Shown here: piece after piece, positions 40,599 to 49,006 of the stretch
Numbering within the stretch: position 1 is the stretch's first letter
Layout of the letters: each line of letters begins with the position of its first letter
DNA from: Methanobacteriota archaeon
Lineage (GTDB): Archaea > Thermoplasmatota > Thermoplasmata > RBG-16-68-12
Assembly: GCA_020029475.1 (NCBI GenBank)
Contig: JAIBJG010000005.1
Coordinates: 13,169 to 77,168, forward strand
Direction of reading: 5' to 3'
DNA: 64,000 nucleotides
Position numbers and translations under genes: made by a program
Notes under the pieces: generated by a model
The model's input: the letters and a program-made list of their open reading frames with translations, nothing else
What the model was told of the DNA's origin: nothing
Database searches by the model: none

Positions 40599-40643
40599 GC
40601 CCGCCGCGGCTCCCGCTCGATGGAAAGGGTATGGGTGCCCGGG

Positions 40644-42893
40644 CTACTGGACCATCTGGGTCTCGCCGCAGCTCGGGCACATCACTTCGATCGGCCGCTT
40701 GCTCGTCGTGATCTCGATCGGGGCGCTGCACGCTTTGCACGTGACGGTCATCGGGGCGGGCCCCGGCTGCGCGGACGCGGGCGGTGCGTGCTTCGCCATC
40801 GGAGGCTTCTCTCCGGGCGCCCTCGGGATCACGCCCCCCATCGTCCGTCGCCACATCAGGATTGTGAGGATGAAGAGCAGGGCGACGAAGAGGCCGAGCA
40901 CGACGACGATCGCCGGGATCCCGCCGACGTCCGCCCAGAGCGGGTTCGTCTGTCCAATCGTGACGCTTTCGACCGTGTAGGCGGAGGTGTTCATTTCCTG
41001 TACGGTGACGAACTGGGCCCCCGCGTTCATCCCTCCGGGGACCGTGTACGTGAACTCCCCGCTGGACTGGGTCGTCTGGACGACCTTCCCGGGCGCCCCG
41101 GGCATCGCGACGAGGAACACGAAGTTCGACGGAAGGGCGGTCCGCCCGCGCGGCGTCAGGGAGTAGGTGATCCGCATCGTCTCACCGGGGTTGTACGAGG
41201 GCCGATCAAAGCCGATGGACAGGAGCACCCCGGAGACAAGTAACGCCGTCGAGCTTCCGGACAGGGCGCGGCCCGCCTCCGTCGCGGTGATCCGGAACTG
41301 GTAGGAGCTCGATGCGACCGGCGGGACCTGGTACACCACGCTCGTCCCGGTCGCGGCACCGGACCGGACGAGGATCCCCGAAGTGTCGAAGATCTCGTAG
41401 TAGTACGTCGGGTTCGCCAGGACCGCGGGGTTGCGGGTCAGCGAGTATGTCGCGGTGATCGTGTCCCCGTCGTTGTACTCCGACCGGTCCAGGTTCACGA
41501 CGAGAATCCCGAGCAGCACGGTGAACGTGCGGCTGTCGGACCGTCGGTTCCCCTGCCCGTCGTCCGCGGTGGCCGCGAACAGGATCGGGCCGTCAAACGG
41601 CGTCGGCGTCGTCGGGATCGTGTACGTGTACACGTTCGAGGTCGCGGTGAGGCGGTTCAGGAGGCCGCCGCCGGGGGACGCGTCCCGGGCCTCGTACGTG
41701 AACGTAAAGGGACCCGAGCTCCCGCTCACGCCCACGGTCATGCGCACCGTGTCCCCGCTCAGATACTGGCTCTTGTCGAAACTGAGGACGATCGTCATCC
41801 CCGCCCTCGAGTTCACGACGAACGTGTCCGTCGCGAAGGCGGTGACCGCGTTGTTCGCGACCCCGTCCGCGCGCACGAGGAAGGACGTGCCGTCCAGGAT
41901 GGACGTGTTCAGCTGAAACACGTGTCGGAGGTTCCCGTGGCTGTCCGTGAGGAGGTTCAGGACCCCGTAGTTCGGGACCATCTGGCCCGTGGACTGATCC
42001 GTCACCGCGATGTCGACCTCCACGCCCGCGGCGCCGGGGTTCCCGGGGTTCGGCGGGAAGTCCGTCACCTTCGCGCTCACGTCGACGGTCACGATGCCTC
42101 CGGGCTCGTACGTCGCCGCGGCGACGTTCACGATCATCCGGAGCCCATCGATCGGCGCGTTCGTCGTGGAGAACACGAACCGCTCGGCATTCGATCGCGT
42201 GTCGTTGAACCATGCCTGCGCGAGGATGAAGCGGTTCGTGGGGATCGTCCCGAGGAGCTGGAAGACGCGCTGCCCGCTCGAACCCGTGAACACGTGAGGA
42301 TTCGGTGAGATGAGCGCGTTCCCGGTCGGGATGTCGTTCACCCAGAGCTGCCCATCCCCGTTCGGGGCGAGGCTCCCGTCCCGGATCAGGTTCACCGACC
42401 ACAGGATCGTGACCGTGTCCCCGGGCAGGTACCGGCCCCGGTCCGTCTCGAGGCTCATCGTCCACGTGCGGATGGAGAACCGGAACAAGTCGATTGTCGG
42501 GCCCGCCCCGTTCTCAATGTACAGGGCGTCGTGGACTTCGATGAAGTACCAGTCCCCGTCCGGCATCGGGGTCAGGTCGTTCACGTCGGGGATGTTGAAG
42601 TTCAGGGTGATCGAGGTCTGCGGGTTCGGGATCGTCATGTTGTTGAACTGGTTCCCGCTGTAGTCCGTGCGGGTGGCCCCGTCGTCCCAGACGACCACGA
42701 CGTCGTACGTCCGGGGGTCGCCGCCCGCGATGGAGATCGTGAACCGCATCAGTTCCCCGGGCACGTAGTTCCCGGGGGAATACCTCGGGGGATCCACGGC
42801 GATCTGGGCGATCCCTCGGGCGGGTGCGGCCGCCATCAAGGCTCCCGTGAGCATTCCGAACGCGAGCAGGGCGACGACGAGCTTCGTCTTCAT
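40644..42893 (-). CDS. surface protein with ~6 tandem Ig-like domains, one TM helix and a cytoplasmic C-terminal zinc-ribbon tail
   Basis: Start taken at MKTKLVVALLAFGMLTGALMAAAPARG (signal peptide; GGAGGT lies 7 nt upstream). Repeated ~100-aa units each contain Y.PG(D/E)T(V/I/M)... (RYLPGDTVTIL, QYLSGDTVRMT, EYNDGDTITAT, SYNPGETMRIT). TM is IPAIVVVLGLFVALLFILTILMWRR. Last 30 aa: TVTCKACSAPIEITTSKRPIEVMCPSCGETQMVQ (CxxC-x17-CxxC). Confidence 0.7.
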   Translation of the reverse strand: MKTKLVVALLAFGMLTGALMAAAPARGIAQIAVDPPRYSPGNYVPGELMRFTISIAGGDPRTYDVVVVWDDGATRTDYSGNQFNNMTIPNPQTSITLNFNIPDVNDLTPMPDGDWYFIEVHDALYIENGAGPTIDLFRFSIRTWTMSLETDRGRYLPGDTVTILWSVNLIRDGSLAPNGDGQLWVNDIPTGNALISPNPHVFTGSSGQRVFQLLGTIPTNRFILAQAWFNDTRSNAERFVFSTTNAPIDGLRMIVNVAAATYEPGGIVTVDVSAKVTDFPPNPGNPGAAGVEVDIAVTDQSTGQMVPNYGVLNLLTDSHGNLRHVFQLNTSILDGTSFLVRADGVANNAVTAFATDTFVVNSRAGMTIVLSFDKSQYLSGDTVRMTVGVSGSSGPFTFTYEARDASPGGGLLNRLTATSNVYTYTIPTTPTPFDGPILFAATADDGQGNRRSDSRTFTVLLGILVVNLDRSEYNDGDTITATYSLTRNPAVLANPTYYYEIFDTSGILVRSGAATGTSVVYQVPPVASSSYQFRITATEAGRALSGSSTALLVSGVLLSIGFDRPSYNPGETMRITYSLTPRGRTALPSNFVFLVAMPGAPGKVVQTTQSSGEFTYTVPGGMNAGAQFVTVQEMNTSAYTVESVTIGQTNPLWADVGGIPAIVVVLGLFVALLFILTILMWRRTMGGVIPRAPGEKPPMAKHAPPASAQPGPAPMTVTCKACSAPIEITTSKRPIEVMCPSCGETQMVQ

Positions 42894-42974
42894 AGGGCTA
42901 CCTCCAGAATGAGAAGGGGGGGTCGGGTTCATCCCATCCGGCTGCGATTTCTCGCAGTCAGGTCCACATGGGCA

Positions 42975-43012
42975 TGAGGTACTTAATAATTGTTGTCCGC
43001 AAATAAAACTCT
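42975..43012 (-). promoter_or_regulatory. AT-rich island (minus strand ...gttttatttgcggacaacaattattaag...) upstream of the surface-protein gene; candidate TATA/BRE
   Basis: Sole AT-rich patch in the 142-nt spacer between the STAND-regulator stop and the surface-protein start. Confidence 0.3.
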
Positions 43013-43035
43013 ACCGGGTTGACAAACACGGAACG

Positions 43036-45501
43036 TCAAGGGGGCCGGGCCGCGACGCGCCCGCGGGGGAGGGACCCTCGGAGCCCCTCGAGGTCCCGTC
43101 GCGCCATGTCCGCCTCCTCCGGGCGCCCCGACCGCTCGTAGAACCGCGCGAGCTCGTCGATCCGTTCGATCAGGCTCGCCACGTTCCCGAGCCCGCGGAT
43201 CCGTTCGACCCCGGCGCGGAGCCGCTCCTCCGCGGGCCCGGGTCGCCCCTGGGCCGCGAGGACCTTCCCCTCGTTCGTGAGGACCGTGGACTCGAGGAGG
43301 GGGTCCGCGAACCCATCCGAGACCCGCCGGGCGCGGGCGAGGGAGGCCTCCGCGTCCTCTGGGCGGCCCGCGTCCAGGTGCGCGTCCGCCGCGTTCGCGA
43401 GGGCGTATCCCGCGGCCCGGAAGTCCCCGGCCTCCTCCGCGGCCCGCGCGCTCTCCTCGAACAGGGCCGCGGCCTCGGCAGGGCGGCCCATCCGGACCCA
43501 GGCGATCGCGAGGTTCGACCGAATCGCGGCCCCTTCCCGGGGACCCGCGGCGGGGTCCTCCAGGAGGCCCTCGAGCTCCGTCGCGGCATCCTGGACCTCC
43601 CCGCGAAGGAGCCGGATCACGGCCCCGTCAAGGCGCGCGGAGACCCCCTCCCTCCGCTCCCCCGCCCTCTCGAGAAGGGGGATCGCGCGGCCGAGCTCCT
43701 CCGTCGCCGCGTCGTAGTCCCCGAGCTTCCGGTGGACGACGGCGAGGATCCGGCGGGCCTTCCCTTCGATCCCCGGCAGAGAGGACCGCTCGGCGGCGGT
43801 GATCGCCTCGCGCAGGACCCTCTGGGCCTCCGCGAGCGCATTCCGCCGGCTCTCGATCCGCCCCAGGAGCAACAGGGCTTCTGCCCGCCTCGGGTGTCCG
43901 GGTCCCTCGACGATGCCCCGGAGGAGGGCGCGGGACTCGTCCCCGCGGCCGAGCCGGTCCATGCCCTCCGCGAGGAGGAGCCGGGCTGCCGAGGTTCGGG
44001 GAAGACCGAGGAGGAGGCGTGTGAGCTCCCCGACCCGGGGAGAGTCGAGGAGCTCGCCCCGGGCCGCAACGAGGATATCCCGGGCCCGCCGCGGCCGGCC
44101 CGACGCCGTCGCATGCCACGCCGCCTCGATCGGGTCCCCCTGCCGTAGAGCCGCCCTCGACGCCGCCGCGTGGGCCCGCCGGAGGACGGGGGCGGAGGTC
44201 CTCGGGAGGAGGACGTCCTTCACGAGGTCATGGAGCGCGATCCCCCCGGGCCCCCGGGCGAGAAGTCCCCGGCCCGCGAGTCCCCGGACCCCGGTGGCGG
44301 AGACGCCGAGGTCTGCGGGTCGCCCGATGGGCGCGCGAAGGACGGCGAGGGAGACCGCGGCCCGCTCGAGGGAGGGGTCGAGCCCCTCTAGGATCGCGTC
44401 CTCGAGGAGGCGTTCGGCCCCCGCGGGGCCCGCGGGCGGGTCCACGGCGGCGAGGACGTGGAGGGCGATCGGGTGGCCCCGTCCCGCCGCGACGATCCGA
44501 TCGATCCGTTCCGGGTCCCCTGGGAGAAGGCGGGACGCGAGGGCCCTCGACGCCGCGGGGTCCAGGCCTCCGAGGACGACCTCCACGGGGCCGTCCCGGC
44601 GTCCGCCCGCGAGGACGTCCGGCCGTTCCCGGGCCGTGACGAGGAGCTTCCCGCTCCCGCCCGCGTCCACGGCGAGCCGGAGGAACCCCGCCGCCTCCAT
44701 GGACGCGTGGACGTCGTCCGCGACGACGAGGACCCCGGACAGGTCCTCCCGGAGGATCGCGGAGAGGCCGTCCCCGTCGAACCCGCCGGACGAGAGGTAA
44801 CTCCGGAGGCGGGGACGCTCGATCCGGTGGAGGAAGTCCCCGAGGGCGGACGCGAACGTGCGGGCGTCGTCGAACCCGTACACCTTCCGGTACCACACGG
44901 GGCCTGGCCAATCCGAGGCCGCCCGGGCCGCGAGGGCGGTCTTCCCGATCCCGGGCACCCCGAGGACGAGGGCGAGGGGGGCCGGGGAGGCGAGCCAGGC
45001 CCGGAGGGCCGCGAGTTCCTCCTCTCGCCCCACGAACGGCTCCGCGGTCGGGAGGTCCCGCTCCGGGCCCGGCCGGGGGCGGGGCTCGACGACGTCCCCG
45101 CCGAGGACGAGCTGGGTCGCCTCCGGCTCCCGCACCCCGCGGGCCTTCAAGGACTCGATCGCCTCCGCGCCGGGGACCTCCCGCCGGCCCGCGCCATCCG
45201 CGAGGAGGACGGGCTTCGCGCGTGCGTACTCCCGGAGGGCCCGGGCCGCGCCCGCCCCGGACGGGGTCAGGAAGTACACCTTCCGGCGGGAGCGGGCCCC
45301 CGCGACGTGGGCCATCCGCTCTTCGGCCTTCGAGGACGCCTTGAGCCGCTTCAGCTCGAGGGCCGCGTGGGCGCGGCTGATCCCGAGCGCGTCCGCGATC
45401 CCGTCCTGGGTCGTCTCCCGCGGGCACTCGAACGCGTCCGAATACCGCAGGTACCAGGATAGGTGGACGAGAATGCGCTCCCCCACGGTGACCGGTGACA
45501 C
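43036..45501 (-). CDS. STAND-class NTPase regulator: N-terminal winged-HTH, P-loop NTPase (NB-ARC/AAA-like), C-terminal TPR repeats
   Basis: 821 aa. wHTH ...DGIADALGISRAHAALELKRL.... Walker A LVLGVPGIGKTALAARA, Walker B-like LVVADDVH. Long Ala/Leu/Arg-rich TPR-like C-terminal half (AEALLLLGRIES..., AGYALANAADAHLDAGRPEDAE...). Confidence 0.75.
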   Translation of the reverse strand: MSPVTVGERILVHLSWYLRYSDAFECPRETTQDGIADALGISRAHAALELKRLKASSKAEERMAHVAGARSRRKVYFLTPSGAGAARALREYARAKPVLLADGAGRREVPGAEAIESLKARGVREPEATQLVLGGDVVEPRPRPGPERDLPTAEPFVGREEELAALRAWLASPAPLALVLGVPGIGKTALAARAASDWPGPVWYRKVYGFDDARTFASALGDFLHRIERPRLRSYLSSGGFDGDGLSAILREDLSGVLVVADDVHASMEAAGFLRLAVDAGGSGKLLVTARERPDVLAGGRRDGPVEVVLGGLDPAASRALASRLLPGDPERIDRIVAAGRGHPIALHVLAAVDPPAGPAGAERLLEDAILEGLDPSLERAAVSLAVLRAPIGRPADLGVSATGVRGLAGRGLLARGPGGIALHDLVKDVLLPRTSAPVLRRAHAAASRAALRQGDPIEAAWHATASGRPRRARDILVAARGELLDSPRVGELTRLLLGLPRTSAARLLLAEGMDRLGRGDESRALLRGIVEGPGHPRRAEALLLLGRIESRRNALAEAQRVLREAITAAERSSLPGIEGKARRILAVVHRKLGDYDAATEELGRAIPLLERAGERREGVSARLDGAVIRLLRGEVQDAATELEGLLEDPAAGPREGAAIRSNLAIAWVRMGRPAEAAALFEESARAAEEAGDFRAAGYALANAADAHLDAGRPEDAEASLARARRVSDGFADPLLESTVLTNEGKVLAAQGRPGPAEERLRAGVERIRGLGNVASLIERIDELARFYERSGRPEEADMARRDLEGLRGSLPRGRVAARPP

Positions 45502-45559
45502 CAGGCACCCCTCCGCGCGCGGGATGGGGGACTGCGGGTATAAAGGATTCCGAGGCCGG

Positions 45560-46240
45560 CTACCGGGTCCGGGTGAAGACCGGGAGGAGCCCCGTCAGGT
45601 CCGCCACTTCGAGATCCGGCGTCGGGCCGGCGGGCCTGGCCGGCTCGCGGCCCCGATTCACCCACGCCGTCGCAATCCCGAGATTGCGGGCTCCACCGAC
45701 ATCCGCTTCGAGGGAATCCCCGACGTGAAGGACCTTGGACGGCGCGACCCCCAGCTCCCGGATCGCGACCTCGAAGATTGCTGGGGACGGCTTGTACGCG
45801 CGACACGACTCCGAGGTGACGATCGCATCGAACTCCAGGCCGTTGCGGGCCAAGATCTCGCGGAGCATCGCGTCGTCTGCGTTCGACACGACGGCCCTCG
45901 GGATGCCGTCGAGCGCCTCGAGGACCGCGGACACCTCGGGGTACGCGTTCGCCCGCATCCATTCCCGCTGGAGCCGTTCGACGTAGGGCTCGGGGTCCGC
46001 GTCGAGCCCGTACTCCTTGAAGGCCTGGGCGAGGCTGACCCGGGTCGCCTCCGCCAACGTCAGGAACGGGTCGTGATCGATCCCGAAGAAGTGGACGTCC
46101 CACCGCTCCAGGAACGCCTCCGGCGCGACCCCGGACAGGTGGTCCCGCACGATCCGGCTCGAGATTCCGATGAGGGCGTCCCGGCCCGTGTCCACGATCG
46201 TGCCGAACGCGTCGAACGTGATCGCACGGATTCGGTTCAT
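45560..46240 (-). CDS. HAD-superfamily hydrolase (haloacid dehalogenase-like phosphatase)
   Basis: ITFDAFGTIVD (motif I DxxGT), VVSNADD (motif II S/T), AYKPSP...HVGDSLEADV (motifs III/IV). Confidence 0.8.
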   Translation of the reverse strand: MNRIRAITFDAFGTIVDTGRDALIGISSRIVRDHLSGVAPEAFLERWDVHFFGIDHDPFLTLAEATRVSLAQAFKEYGLDADPEPYVERLQREWMRANAYPEVSAVLEALDGIPRAVVSNADDAMLREILARNGLEFDAIVTSESCRAYKPSPAIFEVAIRELGVAPSKVLHVGDSLEADVGGARNLGIATAWVNRGREPARPAGPTPDLEVADLTGLLPVFTRTR

Positions 46241-46266
46241 TCCTGACGCCTAAGGCGGCCGAGGCC

Positions 46267-46992
46267 TTATGGCCTTCTCGTCCGATAGTAGGCACACATC
46301 TCGTTCAGTGGGCACTCCGCGCACTTCGGCCGCGGGCGGCAGACCCTCACCGCGTGGCGGACGAGGAGGGCGTGGAACTCGCGGTACAGGCGCAGGTCTC
46401 GGGAGAGCCGTCCCTCGAACCACGCCTTGACGGATTCGTACCGGTCCGTGTCGATCCACCCGAGGCGCCGGGCGATCCGCACCGTGTACGCGTCCACGAG
46501 GAACGTCGGCGTCTCCGACGCGTACAGGAGGATGGAGTCCGCGGTCTCCGGTCCCACGCCCTCCTGGGCGAGCAGGTCTTTCCGGACGACGGACATCGGG
46601 CGACCGAGGAACTCGTCGAGGTCCCCGCCGAACTCCATGAGCCGTGCGCAGACCCGCTTCAGCCTCCGGGGCTTCGAGCGGTACAACCCGGCGATCCGGA
46701 CGTGCCGCCGGAGCTCCGGGATCGACGCGCGCGCGATCGCGGCGGGGGACAGCAGACGCGCCCGTTTCAGGTTCCCAATCGCGGTCGCAACGTTCCGCCA
46801 TGCGGTCTGTTGCATCAGGAGCGCGCCAACGATTACCTCGAACCGCGTCTCCGCGGGCCACCAGTGTTGGGGGCCGAACCGCGCGAGGAGCCGTTCGTAC
46901 GCCTCGACGACCTGGTCCACGGATCGGCAACGATCCCCGGCGGAAATGCCTTGCCGATTCCCGGAGTGCATCGGCATCGGTGCCCTTTTCAA
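46267..46992 (-). CDS. endonuclease III-like HhH-GPD DNA glycosylase with C-terminal [4Fe-4S] cluster
   Basis: HhH-GPD core LAQEGVGPETADSILLYA...VDAYTVRIARRLG (Asp present; the canonical Lys is replaced in GVGPETA, so it may be monofunctional). FeS loop CRPRPKCAECPLNEMC (C-x6-C-x2-C-x5-C). Confidence 0.8.
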   Translation of the reverse strand: MKRAPMPMHSGNRQGISAGDRCRSVDQVVEAYERLLARFGPQHWWPAETRFEVIVGALLMQQTAWRNVATAIGNLKRARLLSPAAIARASIPELRRHVRIAGLYRSKPRRLKRVCARLMEFGGDLDEFLGRPMSVVRKDLLAQEGVGPETADSILLYASETPTFLVDAYTVRIARRLGWIDTDRYESVKAWFEGRLSRDLRLYREFHALLVRHAVRVCRPRPKCAECPLNEMCAYYRTRRP

Positions 46993-47005
46993 CCCGTCCC
47001 GGCAT

Positions 47006-47635
47006 CGCGCCCCGATGGTCTTCGAGACTCTGGAGGAGCCCCTGTTCCGCGCGCTGAACGGGGCGGGCTCGAACCCCGTCCTGGACGCGATCGCCCTGGC
47101 CCTCGACGTCTCTGCCGCTCTCTACCTGATCCTCCTCTGGACCGCCCACCTGTGGCTCGTGAAGCGGCGGGCCCTCGCGTTCGATTTCCTCGCCGCGATG
47201 CTCGTCACCGTGGCAGTGACAGAGGCCCTGAAGTTCGCGATCGGGCGACTCCGGCCCGACGAGGTGTACGTGAACGTGAACGTCTTGCGGCCCGCCCTGT
47301 TCCCGGAGTTCACCGACCCCTCCTTCCCCAGCGGCCACACGTCCCGCGCGTTCCTCCTCGTGGCGGTCGTGGGCCTCCACGGGCGGAAGTGGCTCCCCGT
47401 GCTCCTCCCGTACGGGATCCTCGCGGGCCTCACCCGCGTGTACGAGGGGGCCCACTACCCTTCGGACGTCCTCGGGGGCGCGCTCGTCGGCCTCGCGATC
47501 GGAATCGCGTTCTGGAGGATGGACCCGTGGCCCCCGTACGTCCGGGCACGAGAGCGGCTCGTCGGCCGGTGGCTCAGCCCTGGCCCTGGAGCACGTGACG
47601 GATCGAGCTCGCGGTCTGGTCCAGGCCCGAAGTGA
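47006..47635 (+). CDS. PAP2-superfamily membrane phosphatase (phosphatidic acid / undecaprenyl-PP phosphatase-like)
   Basis: The three PAP2 motifs are present: KFAIGRLRP (KxxxxxxRP), PSGHTS (PSGH), TRVYEGAHYPSDVLGG (SRxxxxxHxxxD). Confidence 0.75.
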   Translation, partial: RAPMVFETLEEPLFRALNGAGSNPVLDAIALALDVSAALYLILLWTAHLWLVKRRALAFDFLAAMLVTVAVTEALKFAIGRLRPDEVYVNVNVLRPALFPEFTDPSFPSGHTSRAFLLVAVVGLHGRKWLPVLLPYGILAGLTRVYEGAHYPSDVLGGALVGLAIGIAFWRMDPWPPYVRARERLVGRWLSPGPGARDGSSSRSGPGPK

Positions 47636-47945
47636 CGGCGTCCAGCTTCCCCTGGACCATCGCGAGGAGGAACGACTTCGGGCCGACCCCCGTCGCGATC
47701 AGCGTGCCTTTCTCCGCCTCGACGATCACGCGCTTCGGGGGATCCTGGTTTAGGCCGGAGTAGATCACCTCGGACGCGCCGAGGATCGTCGCGCTCAGGG
47801 TCGCGAGGTTGTCGACCCGCATGTCCGCCGGCAAGGCCCACGCGATCGGCACCCCGCTCCGGGAGACGACCGCGGAGAGGGAGGCGCGATACTTCGCGTT
47901 GAAGTCCCGCAAAATCCGATTCAGTTCCCCCACTGCGGTCGGCAT
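47574..47945 (-). CDS. Roadblock/LC7 (MglB-like) domain protein
   Basis: Start at MPTAVGELNRILRDFNAKY...; core ...AVVSRSGVPIAWALP...DNLATLSATILGASEVIYSGL...VIVEAEKGTLIATGVGPKSFLLAMVQ fits the Roadblock alpha-beta-beta-alpha-beta pattern. Its 3' end overlaps the convergent PAP2 gene by ~60 nt. Confidence 0.6.
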   Translation of the reverse strand: MPTAVGELNRILRDFNAKYRASLSAVVSRSGVPIAWALPADMRVDNLATLSATILGASEVIYSGLNQDPPKRVIVEAEKGTLIATGVGPKSFLLAMVQGKLDAVTSGLDQTASSIRHVLQGQG

Positions 47946-48064
47946 CGTCGAGCGGATTCCATCCGGGTCGGGCTTATTTAACGCTTCGTGCCGTGTTATC
48001 ATCGGGGGAAGGCGGGGCCCGGATGGAGGGAACCTTTTAGGCCCGACCCGCATCCCATCCCTCC

Positions 48065-49006
48065 GTGCCGTTGGAGGAGGGCGCCGCCTCCGTCCTCAGG
48101 ACGAGCGCGGGCCTCAAGGTGGGCGAGAAGGTCCTCATCGTCGCGGACCCCGAGCGGATGGGAGTCGGTCGCGCGTTCTTCTACGCGGCCGCGGCCCTCG
48201 GCTGCGACCCCGTCCTCTCCCTGATCCGCACCCGGGAGGCGCCCGGACGGGAGCCCCCGGACCTCCTGTCCGCCGCGATGCTCGATGCGGACGTCGTCCT
48301 CCTCGCGACCGTGCACTCGATGACCCACACCCACGCGCGGCGGGCCGCGAACCGCGCGGGCGCCCGCGTCGTCTCGATGCCCGGGGCCTCCGAGGAAGAC
48401 CTCGAGGGCGGGGCCCTCACCGCGGACCACGGGGTCCTCGTGCAGACGATGCGCCGCCTCCAGCGGCGGCTCCGCGGCGCGGACGAGGTCCACATCGTGA
48501 CCCCGGCGGGCACGGATGTCACCCTGAGCACTCGGGGCCGGGATTGGAATTTCTCGGACACCGGGGTCGCGACCCGGAAGGGCGACGTCACGACCCTCCC
48601 GGCCGGGGAGATCTTCGTCTCCCCCGTCGAGGGCACCGCGGAGGGCCGCCTCGTCGCGGACGCGTTCTTCCACGAGTCCCTCCACACCCCCGCCACGGTC
48701 CTCCTGAAGGAGGGGCACGCGACGAAGGTCACCGGGGCGGAGGCCGCCGTCCTCGAGATGAACCGGGGCGGGAAGGAGGGACGGAACGTCGCGAAGCTCG
48801 GTGTCGGCCTGAACCCGAGGGCCCGGGCCGCCGCGTCCCTCCCGGAGGCAGAGAAGGCGCTTGGGGCCGTCCACGTCGTCTTCGGGGACAGCGTGCCGTA
48901 CGGCGGGAAGGTCGCGTGCGGGGTCCGGGTCGACGCGATCCTCACTGGGGCGACCGTGGAGGTGGACGACGCGCCGATCGTGGAGAAGGGGAAGCTCCCG
49001 CCCTAG
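48065..49006 (+). CDS. aminopeptidase, peptidase M29 (AmpS/aminopeptidase T)-like
   Basis: 313 aa. The C-terminal half GEIFVSPVEGTAEGRLVADAFF...LGVGLNPRA...AVHVVFGDSVPYGGKVACGVRVDAIL resembles M29 signature regions (GEIFT.P, GIGTNP, HIAlG...GG.N.S..H.D). Family call is tentative. Confidence 0.6.
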   Translation: MPLEEGAASVLRTSAGLKVGEKVLIVADPERMGVGRAFFYAAAALGCDPVLSLIRTREAPGREPPDLLSAAMLDADVVLLATVHSMTHTHARRAANRAGARVVSMPGASEEDLEGGALTADHGVLVQTMRRLQRRLRGADEVHIVTPAGTDVTLSTRGRDWNFSDTGVATRKGDVTTLPAGEIFVSPVEGTAEGRLVADAFFHESLHTPATVLLKEGHATKVTGAEAAVLEMNRGGKEGRNVAKLGVGLNPRARAAASLPEAEKALGAVHVVFGDSVPYGGKVACGVRVDAILTGATVEVDDAPIVEKGKLPP

